Shown: positions 1-13,700 of the stretch, in pieces
How positions within the stretch are numbered: the stretch's first letter is position 1
How the letters are laid out: each line of letters opens with the position of its first letter
NCBI GenBank assembly: GCA_016748015.1
Contig: JAAOMT010000211.1
Location: 240,248-304,247, forward strand
Reading direction: 5' to 3'
DNA length: 64,000 bases
Origin: Geosiphon pyriformis uo1
Taxonomy: Eukaryota; Fungi; Glomeromycota
Position numbers and translations under genes: made by a program
Notes under the pieces: generated by a model
What the model was told of the DNA's origin: nothing
Database searches by the model: none
Seen by the model: only the letters and a program-made list of their open reading frames with translations

Positions 1-2981
1 CAAAAGCAACACTGTGTAAATCAGGAGAGATTGAACTTACCAATCTTCACATACCAGCCAAGAACCATAATCACATCAAAATTCCCATCTATAACAACAC
101 TGAAAATGTTGTAGAGATACCAGAAAGAACCATCATTGGCTATTTAACCACCAAAATTAAAGACCAACAGCCAGACACCATTTTAGATTTTCCATAACTA
201 TGTAGATATGTGAATATTACATCACAAACCATATATGGATGAGAAAAATGTTATCTACTTCAACTGGAACAGTTGGAACAAATGAACATGAGAAATTTAG
301 ACCCACTTTAATGTATGCAACTTAAGATGTTACTCAATAATTTCAATGACATCTTTGCCAGCAAAAACAAATTTGGCAGAACCAACATAATCCAGCATCA
401 AATCAAGACCAGAGATACAATGTCAATCAAACAATGAGCATACAAAGTACCACCAGCCAGCCATGAAATCATTCGTCAAAAAATTAACCAGATGCTTGAC
501 AACAGATTAATTCAATTATTAATGAGCTCATGGTCATCACCAATGGTACTGGTTCATAAAAAGAATAGAAAAGTCCATTTTTGTGTAGACTACTGAAAAC
601 TGAATAAAGTGATTAAAAGTGATAGCTATTCAACCCCAAAGATTCAAGAATTATTCGATGCTTTCAGCAGAAAGAAATGGTTTTCAACATTAGATTTAGA
701 CAGTGGTTACTGGCAAGTAATTATGAAGCCAGAAGATAAGAAAAAAACAGCTTTTACAAAACGAGAAGAGAATTTTGAATTTGAAGTTATGCTATTTGGC
801 TTGATAAATGCTCCAGTGACATTCCAACAGTTTATGGAAATTGTCTATACTAGATTACTATGGAAATCAGTAGTCGTATACTTGGAAAAAACTGAACTCA
901 AGTTTTTGGGACATGTGGTGAGCAAAAATAGAATCAAAATGGATCCAGACAAAATTGAAATTGACAAGAACTTTCTAGTACCAAATAATCTTACAGAATT
1001 GAGAGCATTCTTGGGATTTGCTGGATACTACTGCCACTTTATTAAAAACTTTTCCAAAATAGCTCAACCACCACACCAGCTCCAAACAAAGAACACCAAA
1101 TATGAATGGACAGAAACCCAACAAAAAGCTTTTAATACATTAAGAAAAAAGCTTATTCAAGTCGATCTATTCAGATCATAGCAAGCTATTCATAATTACA
1201 ACTAATGCATCTGGTCAAGTATTGAAAGCAGTACTATTACAGAAAAAACCAGATGGAAAAGAACATCCAGTAGCTTATGCCAGTAGAAGCTTAAGTCTAA
1301 CTGAAAAGAACTATGAAACTCTAGCACTAGAACACTTAGCAATATATTGAGCTGTCATCAAGTAGAAGGAATACTTGAGTCAGAAGTTTGAGGTGTATAT
1401 TGATCATAAGGGATTGACTTTAATTCAGAAACAAGAATTTGGAGACAACCATCATGCCAAATGAAAAATAAAACTTTCACCATTTAAGGAAAAGACAATG
1501 GAAATGCCAATGGTTTGTCATGAATAAGACAAATCTAAAAACATTTCAACCCAAAAATATAACAAAAGATGAATATACAAAAATACCAACAACTTCAACA
1601 TTATATAAATACTCAATTGTTTAAAGAAAAATTATCTCAAAAAGAACAAAACAACATAAACCAACAATTAAAATATTTTATCAGTTATCAAAATATATTG
1701 TACCAGAAAAACAGAAAAAATCCAGACCAGTCAACAAGAGTAGTTACAAAACCAGAGAAAGATACAATATTGTTCAATATGCATTCAAATTCAACAGCAG
1801 AATATTTTCATAAAGAAGCAACTATAGAAAAAACTAAAAAAAATACTATTGGCCATCAATGTATCTAGATATTATCCAGTATGTTCAAAATTGTGATGCT
1901 TGTCAGAAAAGAGGAGGAACAGAATTCAGTGAACCATTGAAACCAATCAAAATGGGACAACTATTTGATTACATTGGAATTGACTTAGTCAGACCATTAA
2001 CAATCACCAGCAGAGGCAACAGATATATTGCAATAGCCATGGATTATCTCACTAAATGGCCAAAAGCAAAAGCCATTCAAAGAGCAGATGCAAAATCCAT
2101 TGCTGAATTCATTCATCAAGATCTGATCTGTTGACATGAATGTCCAAAAGAATTATTATCAGATCAAAGAACTCACTTTGTAAATAGAACATTAGCAGAA
2201 TTAAGCCAAAGATTTGGAATAAAAAAACCATTATTATTACCATACTATCCACAAACAAATGGGTTAGTTGAAAGGTTCAACAAAACACTGTGCAAAGCAA
2301 TAGCCAAAATTAGCCAAGAAAACCAAGATGAATGAGATTTGTTTATATCATCAGTATTATTTGCTTATCGGACAATGAAACAAGATATCATACAAGCAAT
2401 ATCATTTGAATTGGTATATGGTAGAACAGCAACATTATCAGTTGAGATAGAGGTCAATACATATTCAACTGAACTAATAACAGAAGATAATTTCCAAGAA
2501 ACATTGTTGAAAAGAACATATAACTTAATAGAAACACTAGAAAACAGATGACAAAAAGCAGCTGATAACATCCAAAAGTCACAAGAAAAGCAAAAAAATG
2601 ACACAATAACCAACTACCAGATAAACCAGTTGAATTCAAGATTGGAGACAAAGTACTATTACATCATACCAAAGCGGAAAAACAATGAAGTGGAAAATTC
2701 GACCCCAAATGAGATGGACCATTTCACATAGAAGAAATTCTAGGAAATAAAGCTTATAAATTAAGATGGGACAACAAAATTTTAGCCAAAGCAGCACATA
2801 GTAATCGACTGAAACCATATTACCAGATAGCATCATTATCCACCAATAACATTCCACAACTAAAAGTACAAAGAATACTAGTTCAACCAGATAAGATTCT
2901 ACAAAATCTAGAACCAATCATAGTTATTGAACCAAACACGTCAAATTAAACAACAAAAAAGTATATAAAGACACAGTACAC

Positions 2982-3638
2982 ATGATAAAAACAACCAAAA
3001 AAATAGAAATACCAGATTATATTCACACTATAGCTCAACAATTGTTCCAGGCCTTAAGTTAACAACAGTTAGACATGAAAATTGTTATTAACAACCAAAT
3101 AATTTGCTATCGAAATACTCAAAGAAAGACAAAGAATACATCATATCAGCAGTCACTAGAGAATAATAAAAACTGAACAGATAACTTAATAGAAAAAGTG
3201 AAGAATACTTTTGGGAAAATACCTATTATGGCACCAACAGAAGAGCTTACAAAAAAAAATTAGAAGCAATAGACAGAACGACTTCCAATATTACATTGCT
3301 ACTACCAGTTAGGTCAAAAGTTGAATATTCAGAAGTTGTATATTGACAAATCCAAGAGAATATTCAACCAAGACATAATACAACAAATTGAAGAATTTAT
3401 TGGAAAGAAAACAAATTCAACACTACATATTAAAACAATGTACCAACTACACAACATATTTTAGAACTATCCAGAAATACTATTACACTCAGACATGGAA
3501 ACCATAACCATTAACCAATGAGAAAAAATAAACAATACACAAATAGAAGACATAAAAAACAGAGTTAAACAAACAGTACTTGAAAAAGAAGTATTAGAAT
3601 TAATTCAAAACAAAGATTTTGATGGAGCTCAATATTAA
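2982..3638 (+). pseudogene. Degraded extra ORF (about 215 codons) between integrase and the polypurine tract of Gypsy 1
   Basis: ATG at 2982 (MIKTTKKIEIPDYIHTIAQQLFQAL...). Mostly open, with scattered stops and a frameshift. Ends ...QNKDFDGAQY* just before the purine tract AAAAGGAGAAGATAA. Confidence 0.55.
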
Positions 3639-3652
3639 AAAGGAGAAGATAA

Positions 3653-4379
3653 TGTTACTTATAAAAAGAAAACAGATATAGAAAAATAGTAGACCAATAA
3701 AAGATTAGTAGTTAGCACATGAGCACATTGCTCAGAAATGTGAATATTACTTGAGAAATTATAGCACATTGCTCGAAAATGGGAGTAATCTTGTAGAACT
3801 CAAATTATGTATATATAATAGTAGCATTAGAAGTAGTAAAAACAGACCTCTCAGTTTAGATTTTATTTAAGCAACCTTTTAATCCTCAAATATCAATAAA
3901 TAATTATTCTCTATCTCAAATTCACTTCTATTATTAACATTTCATGTTGATAATAATTAATACTTAATCACACTAGAACAATAGTTCTTGATCATGGCTA
4001 TTGATGGAATACTAACTTGCAATTGCTTTTGTTTATTTTCTTTTATTTTTTTTTTATTTTCTTTGTTTACTAATTGATTAAAGGTTAAGCACTAAGTTAT
4101 TGATGTTAAGAATAGCCTGATAAAAGACTCCAAAAGAAGGATATAGGAATTATATATATTAACAGATAGCTTACCAGAAGAAAAAAATTCGACAAAATTG
4201 TAATTCTGAAAGACTACTGAAAAGACAACAATTAAATCTTTGTCTATTATACAAAGAACTCAACTCTAAAAACCTTCAGATACAACCAACATACCAGTAT
4301 TACTAGTATTATCAAGATATTAAGCACCAAGTTATGGATTTGTTATTTGATTTGAGACCTCAAATAATCATCTGTAATA
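3653..4379 (+). repeat. 3' LTR of Gypsy 1
   Basis: Begins TGTTAC right after the purine tract and ends TGTAATA (mutated TGTAACA). Aligns by eye along its length with the reverse complement of 15390-16178. Confidence 0.75.
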
Positions 4380-7300
4380 GTGTTTTGAATGTTTTGATCC
4401 AGAAAATAATTGTTCATATCGATTAAAGATATCTCTGTTTTAGGAATAGTGCATTTATTTATACTTGATTTTTGCTGATTATTTAAGTCAGTATTACTAC
4501 AACAGACAACCAATCAAGTCGTTTATAATATTTCTTGAGTCTTGTACCATGAACAAAACAATTGTTAAAGATTGTTCTAGATTGATTTTGAAGAATATAA
4601 GAATTATTGTTCAAAACTTTGTTAACTATAAAGGGTCTTTTCTATTAGTTAGAGAATTTATTACCATAAACATTGTCTTTGTCTAAATGGTATTTCAATA
4701 TCAAGTCACCAACACTTAAAGAAAGTGTTTTATAGGTTTTCCTTTTTTTAAGCTTTTTTTGGAACTGTTTTATCTTTTCAAAAGCAATTATTCATGCTTC
4801 TACCAAAGAATCCAAGTTTTTTTTGCAAAATATTTTTGTAATTTTCTATTGTGATTTCTTCAAAAAGTATTGTCTCAATGTTAGTTTTTATTGGTAGTGT
4901 TGCTATGCATCTATAGAGCAGATAAAAAGGTTCATAATTTGTTATGTCATGATTTACAGTTCTATAAGCAAACAAAGCTGAAGGCAGTACTTTGTTCTAT
5001 AAGTTTGTTTTTTTACTGGTTTTGATTAGGGTTTCACATAGTGTTCTGTTGAAATGTTCTACTAGACCATTTGTTTGAGAGTAATAAGAGGAGAAGAGTT
5101 TATAACATATTTCCATTTTTCTACAAAGTTTTTCAACCAGTGTACTGAGAAAAGCTCTTTCTCTATCAGATAAAAGTTTTTTGGGGCAGTTATGATGGCA
5201 AATAATATTTTCATAAATGAAATTGGCTATTGAGACTGCTGTTTAATTAGGAGTGGCTTTTGCTTCTACTCACTTTGTAAGATAATCAGTAGCTGTAATA
5301 ATATATCTGTTGCCATTAGAAGTTATTGTTAAAGATCTAACAACATCTATACTAATTCTGTCAAAGAGTTGATCAACAAAGATTGGATGAATATTTTCTT
5401 TGCAATTGGGTTTGCCTTTTTTTTGGCAGATGTCACAGGTTTTGATATATTTAGCAATGTCTTTTCTCAAAATAGGCCAATAATAGTGAGCTAAAGTTTT
5501 CTGAATTGTTTTTGTTTTTCCAAAGTATCTAGCTAATGGGTCAATATGTATGTTATATATTATAATTTCTCTTTTTTCAAATCTGATAACTTTTTGGAGG
5601 TGGTCAGAATCTTTTCTGTTTCTTTTATATAACTGGTTCTGGTGAATCAAATAAAAATTTGATTGTTTGCACAAATGTTCTCTTTGCTGTCAAGTGTATT
5701 CTGGTGGATATTGTTTTTTACCCAAAAATTCCATTAAGACAGAGTAGTTGTCCAAGTCCATTATCATGTTTGTTTATAAAAAAGATACTAATAATTAAGT
5801 TGGTTTGGTTTGAAAGATTGTACTGTTATTGAATGATAAGTCTAAAGAGAGTATCTGCGTTTTGATGATTTGCTTTTTTGTAGTGTTGAATATCATAGTT
5901 AAATTCATCCAAGTAAAGTATCCAGCAAATTATTCATTTGTGTTTCAACTTCTTTTTATTGTACAGCCAAACTAAGGCTTAATGATCTGTTACTACTAAG
6001 AATTTTACACTAAGAAAATATTAATCCCAGTAACTAATAGCCCAAACTACTGCTAAACATTCTTGTTCAGTAACTGAATAATTTTTTTTTGCTGGTATAA
6101 GAGATCTACTGGCATATGCTATGGCATGTTCTCTGCCATTTTCATCTTTTTGTAAAAGGACAGCACCAAATCTATAGCCAGATGCATCAGTGTGAAGGAT
6201 AAAAAGTTGGTTCAAATTAGGTTGCTTAAGAATTGGTTCAGTAACAAGTTTTTCCTTCAGAATTTCAAAAGCTTTTTGTTGATGAGTTTCTTAGTAATAA
6301 TTGACATTTTTTCTGAGTAGTTAATTGAGAGAAAAGACGATTTTGGAGAAATTCTTGATAAATTTGTGGTAGTAAGAAGCCAAACCAAGGAAAGAGCATA
6401 GTTCAAGAATATTCATTGGTTGTCTAATATTTCGGACTTTTTCAACTTTAGCTGGGTCAAGGAAAATTCCATCTTTTGTAATAAAATGACCAAGAAACTG
6501 GGTGGATTGGTGTCCAAAGAAAGATTTAATTGGGTTGATCTTAAGGCCAGCATTTTTGAGCAGGTCAAAAACCTTCTGTAAATGTTCAAGATGTTCATTC
6601 CAGGTTTTTGAATAAACCATTATGTCATCTAAGTAAACTAGAACAAAGTTTTTTTTTACTGATTTAAATACTTTGTCCATTAGGCATTAAAAGATAAGAG
6701 GAGCATTAGTGAGACCAAAAGACATAACTGTGAATTTATAAGTGCCATACTTGGTAATAAAAGCAGTTTTTTTTCTGCTTTCTGAATTTATCTTTACTTG
6801 CCAGAATTCAGCAGTTAAGTTAATAGTTGAAAAAAAAGCAGCACTATTGAATTTATTTAGCATTGTATCAATTTTGGGAAAAGGGTATATGTCTCTTATA
6901 GTAATAGCATTTAGTTAGTGGTAGTCAACACAGAAGCATAAGGTTCCACCTTTCTTGAAAAGCTCATTTACTCTTGGTTTTTTGTATGAATCCAAGATCT
7001 TTCATCTGGTTTATCTCTTTCTTGATAAATTTATTATTGTATCAATTAGATTGATAAGGCTTCAAATAGATGAGACAAGTTTCTTTTGTAATGATGGTAT
7101 GTTGTATCACATGAGTTTATTCAGGGGTATTACCTTTTTTTGAGATAATTGAGCTATTCCTAGCCAACAAATTTTCAATGTTTACTTTTCTTTCTTCAGA
7201 GAAAGATTCTCTTTGTTTTACAACTAGTGATTGGATTTCAGGTGGTTTACTTTCAAAAGACTTCTGTACTTCTTTTAGTTCTTTTTTGGGTATTAAACTA

Positions 7301-10300
7301 ATTGGCTCCCAATCTTTGTAATAGATTAGACAGAACTTGCATTCATCATTAGGAGAATACAAAGATTTATTACACCAGCATCTAGCATAAAGACCATGCT
7401 ACCAATAACTATATTTTGCTTTTTTGCCAGGTTTTCTATCAAAAGTTCTTCTGAGGATATTATAGTAGAACCAGCAGATTAGTTTGTCATTTACCATAAT
7501 TTTTTTTTTGTCAGCTTTAATATTGTCTAGTGGTTTGCTATTGCTGGTAAAGATAATATAGGCGAGTTCAACAGTTTCTTCTTGTTCTTTTTGATTTTTT
7601 TCTTTATCTCTTTCATCATCATCTGATTCATCTGATTGTTCTTTTTTTTGGTTTTGCTTGGGTACTGGAAGAGTTGTTCAATGGTAATATTTAATCACAA
7701 TAGGTTTTTTACTACATCTGATAATTAGCTCACAAAGTTTATAATCAAGTAGTGCTTTAGCTTTCTTAAGCCACTCATTGCCAACAATTATGGTGTACTC
7801 TTTTGCTTCAGATACTTCCATATCAGTTTCAATGCTAATACTATTAATGCAAACAGAAATAGCTTTGGCTATGTCCAGGTCTTTCTTCTTGTCACTATGT
7901 ATATTGGTTATTGGTCAAATAGAAGGCTTATCAATCTTTCTGCCAATTGCTTCAAAAAAGTGTTTGGCAATTACACTAACAGATGATCTACTGTTTAGGC
8001 TCAGATCAATAAAATAACCAGTCACTTAAGCTTTACAAATCAGAGAGGTGACATTGCTGTTATCAGCAAGTTCAGCTTGGTGAGATTGTTTATTGATTTT
8101 TGGTGTTTTCTTCTTTGGTATTAATGATTTGTGAAAATTTTTTCTGAACTGTGGATGGGTCATTAGTTGACCAAATGTAATGTGTGCTGAGGTTTCCATG
8201 AGATCTTTAACAACAGAATAAGGGCCAGATTTTTGTACTATTTCTGGTAGTTTCAACTTTGGAGGATTTTTAAAAACTTTAGCCTTTAGGGGCTCATTGT
8301 TATTAGCAGTTGATGTGGAGGTTTTTTTTGGATCTATAACAAAATCAACCTTGGCTTTTTTCTTCTTTCTTGTTGATTCAGAAATGTTGATTGCTAGTTC
8401 ATCCATGTTATGGTCATTATTAGTTAGGTTAAAAGCATAAAAAGAGTTTTTTTTTGGTTGGCTTGTACTCTCACCCTTTGGAGATGTGCTTACCAGTTTA
8501 AAGGCTGATAAACAGTGGCTTTAACTAAGGGATTCTTTTCAAAGAAATTAATGTTGGCATGATTGGGTCTTTGGTTGGGAACATTGTTGTTAATGGTTCT
8601 GTTGTTTTGATTATTATTGTTTTTGGGGGCTGAAAGAAGCAGAGGAGGATTGTTACAATCTCTGGAGAAATTTCCAGTTAATTCACAGTAATAACACACA
8701 TGTGGGCCACGATTTTGTTGTCTTTGATAAGAGGGTTGCTGGGGTTGATTAAAATGGAGTTCAAATCTGGATCTTTGGATTTGTTGATTTTCTCTGACTG
8801 CTTGAGCTAAGGGTTCTAATAAACAGGCAAGATTGGTTGTGAGTTTATTTATTAATTGTTCATTGGGATCTGAAGTTTGAACAGTAAAAGAAGTGACAGC
8901 CATTTGAGAAGCAGAGGCCATAACAAGAACAGAAGCAAAAACTGGAAGTGTGGATTCCAAATGCATCTTTTGGTTGTCTTTAATTTGTTGGGCAAGTTCA
9001 ATAACTATGTCCATTGTGGAATTGTCTTTTAGGGCCAGGAGAGGCCAAAGAGCATAGAAAAGACCAGTTCTTAATTCTTTTGTAAAGAAATGAATCTTTT
9101 GCTCTTCTGTCTAGTTTCTTTTAGAATCTACTCACTTAATTAATTTTCTGATTGCTTTGACATACTCAGTCACAACTTCACCAAGATTTTGAGTTTTTTT
9201 TTCTAATTTCATGTACCATTTAGATATTAAGATAGGAGTTCTAAATTTAGTTTCAAACTGGGTTGTAAAAAAAGTGTTTTCTTCTTCAGCATTTGTTGGT
9301 GTCCATCTAATGATTTTTTGGTAAGCACCAGCATCAGTTTTTTGTAAAAACCAAGTGGCAGGAGAGCTTTAGAGGTAGCCACCAACAATTTGGAACTTGT
9401 ATTCATTATCATATTGGTTGGCTGTGACAGCTTTTTCAAAGTCATCTAACCATTCAATTAGATTTTATATATCGCCTCTGAATAATGGTAGTGGGATATT
9501 GTTTCTTCACCCTAAAGCAGTTTGTATGTCTTAGAGGGTGATCAGGATGTTTTGTTACATGAGATCATTAGCCATTGGTTCAGGGGTAACTGTTTGTGTA
9601 GATGAATCTGATTCACTTGATAAAAAGTCAAAAACAGGAGCAGTTTAGTAGCTTTTTTCTTTTGTTTCAAAGAGAGTTTTAGTTGCTTGATGGGCAGCAA
9701 TCCAAGTATAGATTTGATGATTCAGATATTTGAAATCAGTGGGCTGTTGTTCAAAGGTTGTGAAGTATAAAAGCTGATTAATACTGTTGTTTTTTTCTTT
9801 AAAGTTGTCTTCAAAATAAGCTTGGTTAAAGTAATAAGTTGTGTAGGCTATATAAGTTTCAGCTAAATGCTCATTCAGAAACCAGTTCCAAAAGTCTTGA
9901 AATTGTCTGCTGGATTGTTCTTCAATGGGGAAGCAAATCAAGCAGAAGGGCAAAGGATTAAGTTCAATAAAGTCTAGATCATTTTTGTTGTGTGCTTCAA
10001 AGTATTCTTCTGATTGTTGTGGCAAGTATAAATAATCACCCATATAATAAGAAACAAAGTGAATTTTGACAATCTTACAGAAAGCACAGCTTTTATGTTA
10101 CAGGTTGGAGTAACAAGCTAACAGATAGCAAGGGAGAACAAGATTGTAGAGTGATAAAAAGAATCAAAGAAAATTCAACTTCAAAGAGTAAATTGAATAA
10201 GTATGAATTTAATGTGCGAAATTAGTTTCATAAAATATCTCAGTCGCTATATTTTTCAAAGGATAACCAGGAATTTGAAGGTAAAGAAATAGTCCATACT

Positions 10301-10797
10301 GTCAACAAATAATCATGTCTGGTATAATTCTATGTCTTATATCAGCACTTTTAGAATTCAATATCAGATATCAGATATACTCTTCAGTTATATTTTATTC
10401 AATAATCTTCAAATACTGCAATTACATGTTTCAAAAAAAAGGTAAGAAATAACCAACAAGTAGTCTTTTATCCCAAGATGTTTAGATACTTAAAGATAGG
10501 GAAAAAAAATTTAGCAATAAGAGAGTAATTGAAATGAAAGTTGTTATTTTATTTATTTGATTTTCTTGATTTCTACATGCTTTTCTACAGCTAAGAGATT
10601 TATCACTTATATAGTTATCAAAAGTAGTCAATAATCAGGTTAATGATTAGATCAATAATCAGGTCAATGATCAGATTAACAGTCAAGTCATTGATTAGAT
10701 TAATGATCACTTTCTAAAAATAGAGTGGCTAATTTATATGATATTAGTGGCTAATACATGTGATAATTAATAAAAAGTATAAGTTTCAATCATAACA
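4380..10797 (-). mobile_element. Ty3/Gypsy LTR retrotransposon copy 2: 5' LTR, gag with zinc knuckle, protease, RT, RNase H, integrase; degraded and cut at its 3' end by Gypsy 1
   Basis: Gag knuckle CYYCELTGNFSRDC (8490-9014). Protease remnant at about 7700-8040. RT VLVYLDDIMVYS and FLGH (6321-6680). RNase H LHTDASGY and AIAYASRSL (6021-6215). Integrase HIDPLA, CDICQ and TDYLTK (5270-5674). Confidence 0.93.
10300..10797 (-). repeat. Probable 5' LTR of Gypsy 2
   Basis: Minus strand starts TGTTATG (10797) and ends GTTGACA (10300), followed by gtaTGGAC (weak PBS-like site). LINE ORF2 homology stops at 10798. Contains about three 24-bp tandem units (aataatcaggttaatgattagatc) at about 10630-10710. 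Confidence 0.55.
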
Positions 10798-13700
10798 ATA
10801 TTTTAAACCAAATAATTATCTAATATCTTAAAACCAGATTCAGCTTCTTAGTAAGCACAATTTACTAATCTATATATATTTTAAACAAAATAACAAATGT
10901 TGTCAAACATCTTTAAACTATTAGCTATAACAAAGTATTTATATACATTATTAGATAGCAACAAAAAAGAGCAAACAGTTCTGTTTATTAAAATATCTGT
11001 ATAAACATTACCTAAAACACTTAAATATTCTTTAATCTTTAATCAAACCACTAAAAGATCTTTATTTCTAACCAAATTAACAATGTGCTTTCTTTTCATT
11101 TAGCAATAGTTTCGAAAATTAAGACCTAACAACTTCAATTACAAAACACATGTATTTAAGGCAGCTTAACTGTTCAAGTATATAATTACAATACAAAAAG
11201 AGAGCACACATTTCAAAGCCAAAGTAATGGCTTGCAATTTAATTATTGTTGATAATAATAACTCATAAATCTTAATATTAACACTCAAATCAACTTTAAA
11301 AAAATATGCAACAGCTCTATCAGCCATAGCAAAAGAACTAAAATCCACCAAAAATCTATCTGTATATATATTAATTATATTTGACTAAATCTTATAAATA
11401 TATTTTTTCAAAATTGAAAACTAATTTGTTAACAAAATACTATTATCTTTTATATCAAAAACCACACCAAAAAAGGCTAATATAAGATTAGCATTATACA
11501 AAAAATCTGATGTCAAAGTAAACCAAAAAGACACAGGCTCTTTGAGATTTAATCTTTTTCAGCAACAAAATATTTTTCAATTTATGACTTTATTATATTT
11601 ATCTAAGTTTGTTACAAAAAGCCATATTAAATCTCTTCAAAAAAACAACTTTATTAAAGTACAAAAAAGCTCCTAGAATGTTTAACATAAAAAACTTGTT
11701 AGGACTAAGAAACACACAAAACAAATTATTTGTTAATGAGAGATTATTATCCAAAAAAATATGTACTATTTTGGCCAAAAAATTATTAAAAAAACCAATT
11801 CTTAACTTAGTTAGATATGTAAAAAGTTCAAAAGATCTCAGTTCAAAATCTGCATATTTAATAATTTGTAATCAAATAGTCAACCAAAAATACCAATAAT
11901 ATTTGCAAAAGCAACAACCAAAGCAATTTTTTCTTCAGTCTGAATTTGCTCAAATGTTTTTAAATTATACAATAAAAAATAATACAATGTTTTATTAGAA
12001 AAATCACATAACAAACTAGCTTTTAACTTAAAAATTTTTTTAATTAAAACATTCTATTAATGGCAAATCTTAGAAAACACAAAACTAAACTGTAACTAAT
12101 ATTCAACTATAAACTACAAAACAGCTAAAACCAAATAAAAAAATTGGTTATCTGTAACGGTTTTTTTTGGTACCAAATTTGAAAAAAACTTGATATTAGA
12201 CTAAGTCTTAACTAAACTGAATTTGAATAAATCATTTGTTAATAAAAAATATCTAAATATCTGTGTAATACATTATTTTTAACAATCAAAATTGGTAATC
12301 TATTGATTTTTAAAAAAGCTTTCTTAATCTTTTGATTAATAAAAATAGCCACTGTTTTTGTTATTGTTAATTTTGATATTATTAAAAAAAAATTCTTTGA
12401 CAATATTCAAAATATACTGTATAAAAACTTGAGTATTCTCAATCCAAATAGTATTATTAATAAATACACTAACTGCAAAAAAGAAAGTTTTATTCTTTTT
12501 GGCTTTTACTCTGCCCATTTTAGCCACAAATTTGATATTAATTTAATATCTACACAAATGTTTATGTCTTTTAATCTTATACAAAAAAAGATCATAAAAG
12601 ATTCTTCAAAAAAGAAAAAAGAATATTTTATCTTAATCTAGCTTATTTTGTACTTAATATCTATTTATTAAACCAAAATTTATTATAATCTTATTTATTT
12701 TGTCTTCATAAATATTGTTAAAAAAACCAATAAATCTCTTACATATTTGAATATACTGTAAACTAGTTTTCAAATAATGTTAATTAACAGAATTATATGC
12801 TTTGTACATATTTTACAGAACCAGTCATATTTTTCTATTTTTTTTTAAAGTATTCTCTATTACTGAGCCAATAACAAAGATAAGAAACTATATTAAAGTA
12901 TTTTTTAAGACAGAAAAGTTATCTTTACAAAAAACACTAAATATATTATAAGCAAACAAAATTTGATCTAAAAAAATTTTTTTGGCTGTTTTAATTAGAG
13001 CAATGAATAAAGTGTTTATTAAAATTCTATCTTATTTATAAGATTTAAGTATTATCAAAACTCATGCCCTTTTTTATTGAGTTAAAACTATATTTAAAAT
13101 CAAACATAAGTTTAAAAAGCTCAAAAAACACTTGAAAATATTGTTACTATAATGCTTTCACAACTTATTAGAGATAATACTTAGACCAGCAGCTTTTCTA
13201 TCCAACAAATTTTTGATCACATAAACTAATTTCTTAAAATTAATAATATTTATAATATTTAAAAATACACTATTATTTACATAGTTCAAAAAAGCATATT
13301 AATCAGCCTAAACTTTAGGTACAGACCTTAAAACTGCTTATTTTCTGATTTAATCTTCCATAATAATATTAACTTTAGCCTTAATATTTACAAGTTCCAA
13401 AATCAATTTTTTATTAACCATTAAATAATTTAATACTATCTTGTGAAAAAATTTCTCTAAAATACTCTTAATTATACAGTCTTTATTTGAACAAAAATTT
13501 TTTATTTTTTTTTAATTACATATCTAATAGCAATTGTTTTAGCAGTTTTGGACTCATATATTTTGGACTTGCAATAGTTTTTTTTATTTTAAACAAACTA
13601 TTGAAAATGTCCACTAATTTAGCATTACTCTAAACCATAACTTGTATCTTTAAAGTTTTATTTTTATTGGTAATCAACCAAACACAAAGCAAATAATTAG

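Larger units (their letters stand above)
1..4379 (+). mobile_element. Ty3/Gypsy LTR retrotransposon copy 1 (5' part outside window): degraded pol (RT, RNase H, integrase), an extra 3' ORF and the 3' LTR
   Basis: RT motifs SPMVLVHKK, FCVDY*KLN, FSTLDLDSGYWQV, KTAF and LKFLGHVV. RNase H TNASGQVLKAVL and HPVAYASRSL. Integrase CDACQ, GIDLV, DYLTKWP, YPQTNGLVERFN and the GPF motif. Order RT-RH-IN is Gypsy-type. Many in-frame stops; the YxDD segment is deleted (VVVYL joins EKTELKF). Confidence 0.95.
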
